UHGV virus genome: UHGV-0179428
Strand: one strand, 5' to 3'
DNA length: 64,000 nucleotides
DNA from: a virus
In this document: positions 1-9,457 of the stretch, piece by piece
Position numbering within the stretch: the first letter of the stretch is position 1
How the letters are laid out: each line of letters starts with the position of its first letter
The notes under the pieces: generated by a model
Databases searched by the model: none
The model's input: only the letters and a program-made list of their open reading frames with translations
Told to the model about the DNA's origin: nothing
Translations under genes and position numbers: made by a program

Positions 1-25
1 AAAAGCACGTTATTTAGAAGACAAC

Positions 26-2713
26 TTGAAACCGTATATCTCTTATACAGAGAACGGTCAAGCGCAGCTGCGTGGTTTGTCCGGTGACGACGTGAAGAAA
101 CTGGCCGAAGGGTTTGGTACTAACGTAGAAGACAAAGGCGAAATGCTGGCGTTTACCGCATTTATGCTACAACGTTTTGTGCCGATCTATTTGCGTTGGA
201 TTACAGCGTTACGTTCAATGGATAACGATATCGCGTTAGCTGACGTCGGTAATCCGTCGAAGGTATCAAAAGCAGACATGCTTACCATCTTTAACAAAAT
301 GAAGATGACAAAAGATGCACCTGCTTTTAAATCGCTGACGGACCCCCGTAAAGTTAACCAAGGTTGGTTCTCTAAAGCGTGGGATTTCGTGACCTTCACA
401 CCGGCAGAATTTTTGTCAGGCGAAGAAGTTGTCGAAGCACAAGATCGTGTTTTCCGTTCGATCAACATGCGCCGGGATGATAAGCGTAAGGAAACAACTG
501 GAACCGGCGCTGTGCCTGAAGGACATAAGGTTGCTTCTGTGGCAGAATCTTCGCAGGTACTCGCGAAGAACGATACCGAACGTAACGAAACTGTTGCTAA
601 AGCTGAGGGTTGGGAAGACGGTACTGAACAGGTTCAAATTCAAGTTGACTGGAGAGTATTACCTGAGAAGAAAGATTTGGACGCGATGGAATCCGTCCGT
701 TGGAAATCTTACGGTGTGAAATCTGTTAATGAGACAACACGTACCCTCTTTAGATTGCTTGAGAAAGAAGTGCTGAAAGACACGGATATCAAAAATTGCA
801 TTTATAAGGGCGATTGGAAGAAAGCAATTTCTGCGATTGCGCCTGATGCAATTGGCGGTCCAAAAGAGGAACGTTACAAGAACTGGTTCTATAATCGATT
901 CTTACCTGTATTCATGACCTACGTTTATGGTGTAAAACGCTACGTACCTCATGCAGATCCGTTGGATTTGAAACTCACAGGGGGGTTCCTCTATGAGCTG
1001 GCACTGATGATGCGTGGTGCTTACAACATGAAAGGGGGTATCCGTCAGTCTGTGTGGGAAATCGCATTTAACCCGTTAGGAGGCGATGCGAATACTGACG
1101 CAGGTTCGGTGAAGGAAGAATTAGCAACGTTGAAAGAGTTGTCTAAAGAACCCGATCTGGCTGTAAGGAATATGCTCAAAGAAACACCGAGCACACCTAA
1201 GCGTATGACATGGAAATCACCAGCGACAAACTCCAGTGTCCATCAGACGAATGAAGATAGTAAAGAGCGTTATAAGGGAATTAACAGCTACGGCGAAGCT
1301 TCAAACGATGGATACTTACCAAAAGGTGGTCAGTCCTACGGTACGCCAGGTGACTTATCACAAGTTGTTGGCGATATGGGTATAGGGAACTACGCGAAGT
1401 ATTCCACTGGACAATCTGGTATCACCCTCGGTGAGTTACAAGACGGTGATTACAAATCGTTAGTGACTAAATACCCAAGGGAAATGCTCGGTAAACCGAT
1501 GCAGTCAAATACCGAAGCCATCAAGTCATTGATTATCGACGCGGCAAACATGGTGGGTGTTCCGCCATCCGTTGCGATTGCAATGGCACAAGCAGAATCC
1601 GGCTTACAGTATGGCAACTATCCTGGCGCATCCTCTGGTAGACCGAGAAGCAATAAGATGTCTGCCGCTGGCCTGTTCCAATTTACCAATGGCACTTGGA
1701 ACGGGGTTATGAAGCAATACGCACGAAGATACGGTATTCCACAAACCGATCAGTTCGACCCGTGGGCTAACGCAATCTTAGGCGTTAACTTCATTAGAGA
1801 CAACATCAAGACCGCACAAAAGGATCTTGGTGGAATTGCCCCACCTCCGGCAGTGGCGTACCTATACCACTTCTTAGGTCCAGGTGGTGGTGCTGAGTTC
1901 CTTAAAGCCTGGAAAACCAATCCTAACGGGTCGCCCGACAAAGTGAAGTACATTACACCTGCCGTTCTTAACGGTAATGAAGGTGTTTTCTATATCATGA
2001 ACGGGAAGAAACGCGTTAGGATGCGTACGATCGGTGAGGTTGTCGAGGAACTGAACCGCCGTATGGGCGCGGTTGGAACTAACGAGATTGCAGCAAATCC
2101 TGCGTCTGCGAAAAACATGACAAAAGGGTTATCGCCAGTTCCATCGTCCCCTGCAATTGCTGCTGGCGCAGCTAACGATCCGTCTATTGCTGGTCCGGCA
2201 GATAACCTGCCAGCCGCGAACGAGGCGAATCGTGACTCCGCTTTAGCAGACAAAGGAGCGATGGGCGCTGAAGATATTAAAGCTGCAACGGGTGGTGGTC
2301 CGGCTGTGCCGAGTCCTGGCGGTGATGTCACGCCAAGTGATGCGTCTGTCGTTGTTGAAACGGTGGGTCAAAATGCGCGTGCTGACGGCTTGGGAGAAGA
2401 GGAAGTTGCCAAAGTAAAAGAAGGTGCTAGACAGCAAATGGAGAAAACAGCTCGTCCTGCACCAACGGTAACGTCTGATGCACAGACCGCGCCAACGGTG
2501 AACAGCGGTGATCCGATTAACGTACAACAGCTGGCGGTTGCAAAAGAGTCTGCGGGTTATCTGAGAGAGATTGTTACAATTCTTCGTCAGCGGCCACAGG
2601 CTATGCAGTCCTCCCCAGCGAGTTCGGCAGCTTCTGCCCCGGGGTCAGCATCACGTAACATCGCGGTTGAACAACCTGCCCGCCAACTCGACGTTGGTCG
2701 TAAACGGGCGTAA
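26..2713 (+). CDS. Virion-associated protein with family-1 lytic transglycosylase (SLT) domain; probably 5'-truncated by the window edge
   Basis: 895-aa ORF; frame is open from position 2 so the gene likely starts upstream (track start is a TTG). Central motif AQAESGLQY...SAAGLFQFTNGTW...DPWANAILGVNFIRDNI matches the SLT catalytic Glu-Ser and GLxQ signatures. C-terminal ~250 aa is Ala/Pro/Ser/Gly-rich low complexity. Confidence 0.65.
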   Translation: MKPYISYTENGQAQLRGLSGDDVKKLAEGFGTNVEDKGEMLAFTAFMLQRFVPIYLRWITALRSMDNDIALADVGNPSKVSKADMLTIFNKMKMTKDAPAFKSLTDPRKVNQGWFSKAWDFVTFTPAEFLSGEEVVEAQDRVFRSINMRRDDKRKETTGTGAVPEGHKVASVAESSQVLAKNDTERNETVAKAEGWEDGTEQVQIQVDWRVLPEKKDLDAMESVRWKSYGVKSVNETTRTLFRLLEKEVLKDTDIKNCIYKGDWKKAISAIAPDAIGGPKEERYKNWFYNRFLPVFMTYVYGVKRYVPHADPLDLKLTGGFLYELALMMRGAYNMKGGIRQSVWEIAFNPLGGDANTDAGSVKEELATLKELSKEPDLAVRNMLKETPSTPKRMTWKSPATNSSVHQTNEDSKERYKGINSYGEASNDGYLPKGGQSYGTPGDLSQVVGDMGIGNYAKYSTGQSGITLGELQDGDYKSLVTKYPREMLGKPMQSNTEAIKSLIIDAANMVGVPPSVAIAMAQAESGLQYGNYPGASSGRPRSNKMSAAGLFQFTNGTWNGVMKQYARRYGIPQTDQFDPWANAILGVNFIRDNIKTAQKDLGGIAPPPAVAYLYHFLGPGGGAEFLKAWKTNPNGSPDKVKYITPAVLNGNEGVFYIMNGKKRVRMRTIGEVVEELNRRMGAVGTNEIAANPASAKNMTKGLSPVPSSPAIAAGAANDPSIAGPADNLPAANEANRDSALADKGAMGAEDIKAATGGGPAVPSPGGDVTPSDASVVVETVGQNARADGLGEEEVAKVKEGARQQMEKTARPAPTVTSDAQTAPTVNSGDPINVQQLAVAKESAGYLREIVTILRQRPQAMQSSPASSAASAPGSASRNIAVEQPARQLDVGRKRA

Positions 2714-2721
2714 CAGTAATC

Positions 2722-2750
2722 GGGGGTAGGTAACTACCCCCTACTTTTTT
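2722..2750 (+). terminator. Rho-independent terminator (GGGGGTAG / CTACCCCC stem plus T-run)
   Basis: 8-bp GC-rich stem with GTAA loop followed by TACTTTTTT, directly after the stop of the 26..2713 gene. Confidence 0.55.
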
Positions 2751-2761
2751 AGAGGTATAAA

Positions 2762-4933
2762 GTGGACGCTAGAACAGCTAACGACTCAAGCTGGGTCAAA
2801 AGCCTCTTTAACGGCGTGTTGGATGGCCGAGATGAACGTTTCCTGGCCTTGCGACGCTACTCCAACGGTATGTTATCGTTCGAGGACACCACGTTAGGTG
2901 GCAGTAAAGCGATTAACACACCACCCCAATTTACATGGTTTGCAGATCCGCCATCGACTGGCGCATTTGCACAACCTGACAACCCGAGAGCCGAAACTAA
3001 AACATTCTCCAATAACCGAGAAACGGGTTCGTATAAACTCGGTACTTATTTCTACGAAAGTATTAATCAGAATTCGTTTTATGTTCACTGTCGGTTCGGT
3101 AAACCGAAATATCTGGGTATGGCCGCATTCTTTGCGAACATGTACGACTCCAACCTAGCGTACTTGGCTCGTACTGGTGACTATCCAGGTATGATGAGAA
3201 CGATGGTTTCGTATTTAGGTGCAGCAGCAATATGGGCCACTGTAGGTACCGTTGCCTTTGCGGTTATTCTTATTACACCACGAATTCTAAAAGCGGTGTT
3301 GAATAAACAAACTTCGCGTTACTATTACGTCAAACCAACGATGCATTTGTATTTGCGCGCCGTGCAAAACATTCTAAACACGCAACTCATTTATCGTCGT
3401 TTGGTTCCCACAGGCGTGCTCGGTAATTTCAAACTACAAGAAAATACCGATGATGGTACAAATTCATACAGCAATGATAAACAAGACTGGTATGCTTCGT
3501 TGCCTACTATCTGGAAAGATAACGGGGAGTTTGACGTTTATCGAATGATAAACCGCTATCAAACATTAGCGAATTATCAGACCAAAGCCATAGAGCAAAT
3601 GCGCATTGAAAGCGGTGGAGATGAAGAAGCATTTGCAAGAAAACTACGTGCGTTTTATAACGAAGGGATGTACTCCAAACGCGTTATTAATGATGCGGGT
3701 AGTTTCGAAGTTTCGTTGCATGACTTAGAAACGGTTGCTCAAAAAGACAACGCTTATAAAGCGCCTTTTGAAAATATTAACGATCAAGAGTCTAAGTTGG
3801 TTGAAGGGATCACTGGCACACTAACCGCTGGCGGTACCGCAGATGAAATTGATGCGAACACAAAGAAACTTCGAGAATCGATGGCAGCAAACATGGCTGC
3901 TGCGGAGAAGGCTGAAAACGAAATCGGTGGTGAGGATGTCCCCGATATAGCTAAGATACAAGAATGGGCAGATACGGGTTCTAAAGAAAATGTAGGGACC
4001 TTCTTTAAAGATTTCGTCGAAATGGGTAAAAACTATATCGACGGTATTAAGGAAAATGCGCTTTCTGAAATCCGTAATGGTTCGCAATGGGTGTCGTGGC
4101 GCATCGACGCTAAAGACACGGTTTCTCGTTCGTTCTCTAACTCTACTAAAGAGCCAGAGATTTCGGGTACCGTTAACTCGTTAACCGCGAAAGCACGTTC
4201 GTTAGAAGTCAACTTATCCGGCGGTCAAACGGGTTTCAGCGCTGTAGATGCTTTAGTTTCCGGGATTAAGTCCGCGATGCGTGGCGTTGCCGACACCTTA
4301 CATTTGACAGGGATCATGTCGCTGTACAACTCTTCGGTAATTGACTTTCCAGAAGTGTGGGACAGTTCGGATGCGTCGGGTGATGACATTACGTTAACGA
4401 TACCGTTACGCTGTTGGTCTGGCAACGATTTGGATATCTTCCAAGACTTGCTCGTTCCACTGTCATTCTGGATCGCTGCGGTTTGTCCGCTGGCTACAGG
4501 TAAACAATCTTTTACTCACCCGTTCTATTTAGAGTGTTACTCACAAGGACGCTTTTCTTTCCGTAATGCGATGGTGACGTCAATGTCATTGCAATTCGGT
4601 GTGGGTGGTTTAGGTTGGCGGCCAGGCGATTCCGTTCCACTGTCTTGCGATATCTCTGTTACTATTCGTGATTTGACTCGCGTTATGTACATGCCCATTG
4701 TTACCGACACAGGTGTGTGGGATGACGATAATAAATTTAGTGAATTTATGGCGTGTTTAGGTGGTGCTACGTTGTACGAGCGTACTAACGGTATTGCGCG
4801 TGCCAAGATTAATGCGAGCATCTGGGCACAAAACTGGGCATCCGCGTGGTCACAGGGTAGTTTTATTAACTCTGCACTGGATGTTATCCCAGCACGCCAG
4901 ATCGCGAACATCTTCTTGCCGCAAGCACGTTAA
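2762..4933 (+). CDS. Hypothetical protein (723 aa), possibly virion/ejection-associated
   Basis: Long ORF with GTG start 6 nt after AGAGG; internal hydrophobic segment (AAIWATVGTVAFAVILITP); co-oriented immediately downstream of the SLT-domain gene. Confidence 0.55.
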   Translation: MDARTANDSSWVKSLFNGVLDGRDERFLALRRYSNGMLSFEDTTLGGSKAINTPPQFTWFADPPSTGAFAQPDNPRAETKTFSNNRETGSYKLGTYFYESINQNSFYVHCRFGKPKYLGMAAFFANMYDSNLAYLARTGDYPGMMRTMVSYLGAAAIWATVGTVAFAVILITPRILKAVLNKQTSRYYYVKPTMHLYLRAVQNILNTQLIYRRLVPTGVLGNFKLQENTDDGTNSYSNDKQDWYASLPTIWKDNGEFDVYRMINRYQTLANYQTKAIEQMRIESGGDEEAFARKLRAFYNEGMYSKRVINDAGSFEVSLHDLETVAQKDNAYKAPFENINDQESKLVEGITGTLTAGGTADEIDANTKKLRESMAANMAAAEKAENEIGGEDVPDIAKIQEWADTGSKENVGTFFKDFVEMGKNYIDGIKENALSEIRNGSQWVSWRIDAKDTVSRSFSNSTKEPEISGTVNSLTAKARSLEVNLSGGQTGFSAVDALVSGIKSAMRGVADTLHLTGIMSLYNSSVIDFPEVWDSSDASGDDITLTIPLRCWSGNDLDIFQDLLVPLSFWIAAVCPLATGKQSFTHPFYLECYSQGRFSFRNAMVTSMSLQFGVGGLGWRPGDSVPLSCDISVTIRDLTRVMYMPIVTDTGVWDDDNKFSEFMACLGGATLYERTNGIARAKINASIWAQNWASAWSQGSFINSALDVIPARQIANIFLPQAR

Positions 4934-4949
4934 TGTTTGAGAGGAAATA

Positions 4950-5513
4950 ATGGCTAATACGCTATTAGGTAAATCAGGAAAACAACTGGTTTATGAGTTA
5001 TTAGTAAAAAAGAATCCTGGTTTGGTAGAGAAAGGTATTACAATCGATAAGTTGAATTTTGGTACACCGTCACATATTCCTGCGGTAGAAACACCAGAAA
5101 CTCAATTTACGCGATTAAATACCCAACTTAGCGTCCAGGGAATTATTGAACAGAAAACGTTTGGTAAAATTGACGTTATTTATCGTCGGTTGGATTTAGA
5201 GCACCTCTTAGGTGATTTTGTAGTTTCTGTTGCGGGTGTTAATGCGGCTACGGTATCTGAGGTACTACAGCTTTTTCGCACTAAGTACAATTTGCAGATT
5301 ACCGACGATGAAGTCGAGAACCCAACAGCTGCACCAGACAGCAAAGATAAAACCATCATTAACATGAATGGGACATCTTTGGCGTGGACAGGGCGGCTGG
5401 AGGTGTACTTAACAGAGCTGCCGTCTGACGGTAAGGATATTTCGAAGTTGATTAAAGTCACTGAACTTGACGGTTTGACGTATATCTCTTCTGGGATTGT
5501 TCCAGGCGCTTAA
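4950..5513 (+). CDS. Hypothetical protein (187 aa)
   Basis: ORF with RBS GAGAGGAAATAATG; followed by bidirectional terminator. Confidence 0.55.
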   Translation: MANTLLGKSGKQLVYELLVKKNPGLVEKGITIDKLNFGTPSHIPAVETPETQFTRLNTQLSVQGIIEQKTFGKIDVIYRRLDLEHLLGDFVVSVAGVNAATVSEVLQLFRTKYNLQITDDEVENPTAAPDSKDKTIINMNGTSLAWTGRLEVYLTELPSDGKDISKLIKVTELDGLTYISSGIVPGA

Positions 5514-5575
5514 AAAAAGAAAAAAATAAGAAAGTTAACCTACCTCCGAAAGGAGGTAGGTACTTTTATTTATTT
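5514..5575. terminator. Bidirectional Rho-independent terminator (CCTACCTCC / GGAGGTAGG stem)
   Basis: A-run, 9-bp stem with GAAA loop, then T-rich run; sits between convergent genes 4950..5513 (+) and 5570..6427 (-). Confidence 0.6.
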
Positions 5576-6427
5576 CGCCAGGTCTGCTTCTTTTACAAAG
5601 ATACCGTCGGCGTTCAGGTAACCTTTACGGTCTTTGATTTCGTGCCAGGCCAAAGAGAAACAATGACGAATGTCCAGTTTGTAATACAAGGCGATACGAG
5701 CAAGATGAGCTAAACCCAGGCTAACGAAATCGAAACCATGATCTTTGCCTTCCATAAAGGTTGTGGCAAAACTTTCAATAGCGTGAAGGTATTGTTGATG
5801 TGGGTATCCAGCGTTGTTTAAATTTTCTTCAACCTCAGCTACATCTTCCACGTTTAAGCGTAGACCAGACTCGATGCAGTCTTCTGCCACTGTAAGGTGA
5901 CCAGAATACGCATCCCCTAATTCGATTATGTTTACCAGAACCACCAACGCATCACCAATACCATCCATGATCAAATCAGGTTTGTTTTTACTGATACCCG
6001 CCGCAATTTCACCTAACTCTTCAAAGAACTTCGTGATTTGGGTTTCCAGTTTACCGTTATCGAGAATACCACGTTCTTTAGACCAACCTTTAACGAGTTT
6101 TACACATTTTGCGATCGTGCAAACTAGAACAGATTCTGTATGCATTACCGTGCCGTTGTAAACAGCATCGGTAAGCTTAATAGGCGCTACAATTGTTTCG
6201 ATGTCCAGTTCTTGATTACCGGTGTGGCGTTTACCTTCTACACGAATACGGTTGGTACCGGGGTTTACACCAATTGTGTAAATAGCATCGAACTGTACTG
6301 CATTCTCATTCAAAGCGCGCAGTTGTGCGTTAACTTCTTCCAGGTGCTGACCAGGATTAACTACGATGTTGTAAATAGTGTTGATGTCAAAACGTTCGCC
6401 CATTTTAAACTCCATTAGATTAAACAA
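5570..6427 (-). CDS. MazG-like nucleoside triphosphate pyrophosphohydrolase with N-terminal extension
   Basis: Motif FFEELGEIAAGI...DGIGDALVVLVNIIELGDA resembles the MazG/HisE EExxE...D metal-binding helix pair; second helical half near the C-terminus. Track start is TTG; an in-frame ATG with GGAG lies a few codons downstream. Confidence 0.5.
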   Translation of the reverse strand: MFNLMEFKMGERFDINTIYNIVVNPGQHLEEVNAQLRALNENAVQFDAIYTIGVNPGTNRIRVEGKRHTGNQELDIETIVAPIKLTDAVYNGTVMHTESVLVCTIAKCVKLVKGWSKERGILDNGKLETQITKFFEELGEIAAGISKNKPDLIMDGIGDALVVLVNIIELGDAYSGHLTVAEDCIESGLRLNVEDVAEVEENLNNAGYPHQQYLHAIESFATTFMEGKDHGFDFVSLGLAHLARIALYYKLDIRHCFSLAWHEIKDRKGYLNADGIFVKEADLAK

Positions 6428-6471
6428 AAGGAATAATGATTAGGGGTGCTACATAAGCACCCCAGGAACTG

Positions 6472-6615
6472 TTAAATTTTGCAAGCCCCGCCTGAGCAGT
6501 TATCGTCTTCCGTGGTCGGGTCGGCTCCTTTCTCTACGGTCGCTTCCGGGTCTAAGCCAGGGATTGCAAATTCATCAGTTTCTTTAACGGCTTCTACTTT
6601 AACTTCTTCAGTCAT
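6472..6615 (-). CDS. Small acidic protein (47 aa), not in ORF track
   Basis: ATG-initiated ORF MTEEVKVEAVKETDEFAIPGLDPEATVEKGADPTTEDDNCSGGACKI on the strand shared by all neighbours; weak RBS. Preferred over the antisense + ORF 6479..6700. Confidence 0.3.
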   Translation of the reverse strand: MTEEVKVEAVKETDEFAIPGLDPEATVEKGADPTTEDDNCSGGACKI

Positions 6616-6658
6616 TTTAGTTTCCAAATTTCTTACAAAGGGGTTAACAGTTTTGATT

Positions 6659-6841
6659 TTAAGGTTGGCGAATGTGAGACAGAAGCAGGCCCATCCGTAA
6701 TGGAACTGACGCGGTCATTGCCCTTTTATATTGCACAGTGCGTACTTTCGATTTACCAGGTCCCTTACGTACACGGTTGTAGCCAATAAAATATAGAGTA
6801 CCTGTAAAGAATCTGAGGTTATGAAAATATGGCTTCTTCAT
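6659..6841 (-). CDS. Small basic protein (60 aa), member of R-x-x-K-G-P-x-K family
   Basis: ORF; motif YNRVRKGPGKSKVRTVQY shared with two neighbouring small ORFs. Confidence 0.45.
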   Translation of the reverse strand: MKKPYFHNLRFFTGTLYFIGYNRVRKGPGKSKVRTVQYKRAMTASVPLRMGLLLSHIRQP

Positions 6842-7023
6842 TGTTCCTCCTTCTCGAATGGGTTAGATTCAAGGAACTTGGAATAATCAAATTGAATTAC
6901 TTGGAAACGTTTACGTCCTTTACGTGGCCCTTTGCACCAGCGCGTAACAATGGTACGGAACTTCTTCGGCTCGAAATACGTTATCGTGAAATTAAGAACA
7001 TCGTCTAACATATTACCCCCCAT
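6838..7023 (-). CDS. Small basic protein (61 aa), member of R-x-x-K-G-P-x-K family
   Basis: ORF; motif VTRWCKGPRKGRKRFQVIQF; overlaps stop/start with the downstream paralog. Confidence 0.45.
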   Translation of the reverse strand: MGGNMLDDVLNFTITYFEPKKFRTIVTRWCKGPRKGRKRFQVIQFDYSKFLESNPFEKEEQ

Positions 7024-7031
7024 AGTTCACC

Positions 7032-7421
7032 TTAATCGGTGTGCAAAGTGAGATAATTACTTTCAAAATCGAAAGTTTCGATTAGTCTTTGCAATTTTTC
7101 CAACGTGCGCTGTTTCCAGTCGTCTCGTGGCGTAGGCTGATCCAATTCTTCAATATATTGTTTAAAGGCGGTAAGTTGTTCTTTATTGATTGCGAACTCA
7201 CTGCTACCGCATACCGTCGTTATATTGAATTCGGATTTAAGTTTGTTAAATGCGTTCCAACAAAACGACAGCCTTTCCGTCCACATTAATTCACCCTGAT
7301 CGAATATTTCTCCGAGTATGTCGTCAACATGATCGACGTAATATTGGTGCTCCCAAGCCTGACGCACGGATTCTTTTACAGCGGATTTTGAGTATGAATA
7401 AACGTAGATATCGATTGACAT
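7032..7421 (-). CDS. Hypothetical protein (129 aa)
   Basis: ORF in the leftward operon; no recognisable motif. Confidence 0.5.
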   Translation of the reverse strand: MSIDIYVYSYSKSAVKESVRQAWEHQYYVDHVDDILGEIFDQGELMWTERLSFCWNAFNKLKSEFNITTVCGSSEFAINKEQLTAFKQYIEELDQPTPRDDWKQRTLEKLQRLIETFDFESNYLTLHTD

Positions 7422-7449
7422 AATGAATTTACTCCCTGAGTTAATTTAA

Positions 7450-7620
7450 TCAGTAAGGTCGGATTATAACCTTTTCGAAGTATTTATAAATAAACACCTT
7501 CTTGGTTTGATGTTTTCTTGGACCTTTCTTGATACGAGAGATCAAGATACGATCGATGTAACATTCTTTTATAACACGTCTTCTAGGAATGTAACAGGGA
7601 ACCGCCTCTAATTCTTCCAT
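7450..7620 (-). CDS. Small basic protein (56 aa), third member of R-x-x-K-G-P-x-K family; not in ORF track
   Basis: ATG ORF MEELEAVPCYIPRRRVIKECYIDRILISRIKKGPRKHQTKKVFIYKYFEKVIIRPY; motif conservation with 6659..6841 and 6838..7023 supports it despite a weak RBS. Confidence 0.35.
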   Translation of the reverse strand: MEELEAVPCYIPRRRVIKECYIDRILISRIKKGPRKHQTKKVFIYKYFEKVIIRPY

Positions 7621-7637
7621 ACAACTAACCCCACTGA

Positions 7638-8084
7638 TTAACCCATTAAATGTATTACAACGTCTTTAGTTACTGAGTTTGCTAGTAAGCGGAAAAACTT
7701 CATGTAACGGAAAATGCTAAAGAAAACCCCAGCGTTATCTACAATAACAAGACTGTATTTTTCTTTTTCTGTACCCATTTGGTAACCGATGATTTGGGTG
7801 ATATTCTCAGGTAAGTCTTCGAGACCCAAACGGAATATCACGTCGTCTTCTAAGAACCCTTTTGGGTTAACGAATAATACTTTCCCTTTATGGTTCTTAG
7901 CTAACTCGACACCGAAGTCTGTAAGTCCTGTCTGCCTGCCTGTACCGTAGCGGATAGTACGAAATTCAGATAAAGCTTTGGCTCCATAACGATCAGTAAA
8001 CGGATTATCTTTAGAATCCAGATCAGTTAAACCTTTTGATAATTCTTCTACTACGATGTTATAGTTAACATGAGTTTTAGACAT
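7638..8084 (-). CDS. Hypothetical protein (148 aa)
   Basis: ORF in the leftward operon. Confidence 0.5.
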   Translation of the reverse strand: MSKTHVNYNIVVEELSKGLTDLDSKDNPFTDRYGAKALSEFRTIRYGTGRQTGLTDFGVELAKNHKGKVLFVNPKGFLEDDVIFRLGLEDLPENITQIIGYQMGTEKEKYSLVIVDNAGVFFSIFRYMKFFRLLANSVTKDVVIHLMG

Positions 8085-8118
8085 TTCATTGTTCCTTTTA
8101 ATTACAAGCGAAATAACT

Positions 8119-8415
8119 TTATTGAAAATCTCGTTTGGCCTTGCTGATGATTTGAGATATTCGGCTTGGCGACACTCCGTGTATTTCGGCCAATTTCTTG
8201 TTACTTAGGCCACCCAATTTACCAACAAGAATATTCAATACACGTAAGTCTTTTAACGTTGCCGAAATCTTTTCTAAGATTTCGATATCACCTTGATCAA
8301 ACTTACCTTTGGTCTGCAATGCTATCCCAGCACGCTCGGTAATAGTTTTTAGCTCAGCTAATCGACTAATGCCGAAAGAAGTTAACTCCGCGTACGATTT
8401 CTCATTAATCATCAT
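8119..8415 (-). CDS. Small HTH protein resembling sigma-70 region 4 (possible transcription regulator or sigma-like factor)
   Basis: C-terminal LSNKKLAEIHGVSPSRISQIISKAKRDF resembles the region 4.2 helix-turn-helix of sigma-70 family proteins (pattern G-V-S-x-x-R-I-S-Q-I-x-x-K-A). Confidence 0.4.
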   Translation of the reverse strand: MMINEKSYAELTSFGISRLAELKTITERAGIALQTKGKFDQGDIEILEKISATLKDLRVLNILVGKLGGLSNKKLAEIHGVSPSRISQIISKAKRDFQ

Positions 8416-8422
8416 GTACCCC

Positions 8423-9457
8423 TTAGACAGCTATGGGAGCTTTAATTGTGTCGTGCGATTGATATCCAACCAATTCGAAGTCTTCGTATTTGTAATCGAA
8501 GATAGAATCAGGTTTACGTTTGATAACCAGCTTAGGTAGCGGGTAAGGTTCGCGTGTAAGTTGAAGTTTTGCCTGCTCCAGATGGTTAGAGTAAAGATGA
8601 ACATCTACGCCACTATAAACCAACTCGTCTGGAACCATATTGAGTTGTTGAGCAATCATGTGAGTTAACAACGCGTAAGAAGCGACGTTAAACGGTGCGC
8701 CAAGTAGGTAATCGTTGCTCCGCATCATGTAAAAACATGAAAGCTTACGGCGTGGAATGCCCTCACGATCTAAAGTTTCATGAAGTCGTTCTTCATCATC
8801 AATATCTTCGTGATTAATAAGTGGTGCGTTCGCAAATTTTTCCGGTTCGTTTACTTCGTACCAATCCAGTCGCTCAAGCAGTGACATTTCCGTTGTGTAG
8901 AATTGGAAATAGTTGTGGCATGGGTTAAGTGCCATATCGTCTAGGTCTGCTACATTCCAGGCACTAACGATAATACGGCGGGAGTCAGGGTCTTCACGAA
9001 GTTGCTGGATAACTTTACTGATCTGGTCATGTGCTTTTTCATAAACCAAATACGTCGTACCATCTTCCTTCATATTCCCAATATACTTGTAACCCCGCTG
9101 CATTAGTTGTTGTGTACGTCTTACGTCATGACACTCCACAACTTTACAGTCGCGCCATTCACGCCACTGGTGCCCGTAAACCGGACCTAAATCCCCTTCG
9201 TTGTTTGCCCATTCGTTCCAAATTTTTACCCCATTCTCTTGCAGGTACTTCACGTTAGTGTCACCGTTTAAGAACCACAGCAGTTCATGAATGATACTTT
9301 TCAGGTGAACCTTTTTCGTAGTAACTAATGGGAAACCTTCTTTCAGATCAAAACGTAGTTGACGGCCAAATACAGAAAGTGTCCCTACGCCTGTACGGTC
9401 TTTCTTGACAACACCGTTATCCAGAATGTCTTGCATTAACGCTAAATACTGTTTCAT
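8423..9457 (-). CDS. thyA: Thymidylate synthase (ThyA family) with two in-frame insertions
   Basis: N-terminus [15 protein letters not shown]...[12 protein letters not shown], catalytic-Cys motif [24 protein letters not shown] and C-terminus IKAPIAV are near-colinear with enterobacterial ThyA as I recall it. 344 aa versus ~264 aa because of two ~40-aa insertions (after WREW and after FQFYTTE). Confidence 0.85.
   Translation of the reverse strand: MKQYLALMQDILDNGVVKKDRTGVGTLSVFGRQLRFDLKEGFPLVTTKKVHLKSIIHELLWFLNGDTNVKYLQENGVKIWNEWANNEGDLGPVYGHQWREWRDCKVVECHDVRRTQQLMQRGYKYIGNMKEDGTTYLVYEKAHDQISKVIQQLREDPDSRRIIVSAWNVADLDDMALNPCHNYFQFYTTEMSLLERLDWYEVNEPEKFANAPLINHEDIDDEERLHETLDREGIPRRKLSCFYMMRSNDYLLGAPFNVASYALLTHMIAQQLNMVPDELVYSGVDVHLYSNHLEQAKLQLTREPYPLPKLVIKRKPDSIFDYKYEDFELVGYQSHDTIKAPIAV

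Noticed and set aside
6479-6700. 73-aa + strand ORF in the gap between leftward genes
   Set aside because: Antisense to the operon direction, low-complexity Ser/Val-rich translation, no RBS. A minus-strand 47-aa ORF in the same gap is more plausible.
7484-7495. Palindromic TATTTATAAATA resembling a T4-type late promoter (TATAAATA) on both strands
   Set aside because: A single occurrence lying inside the proposed small ORF 7450..7620. I did not find the octamer recurring upstream of the tail-fibre genes, so a T4-like late promoter system is not supported.
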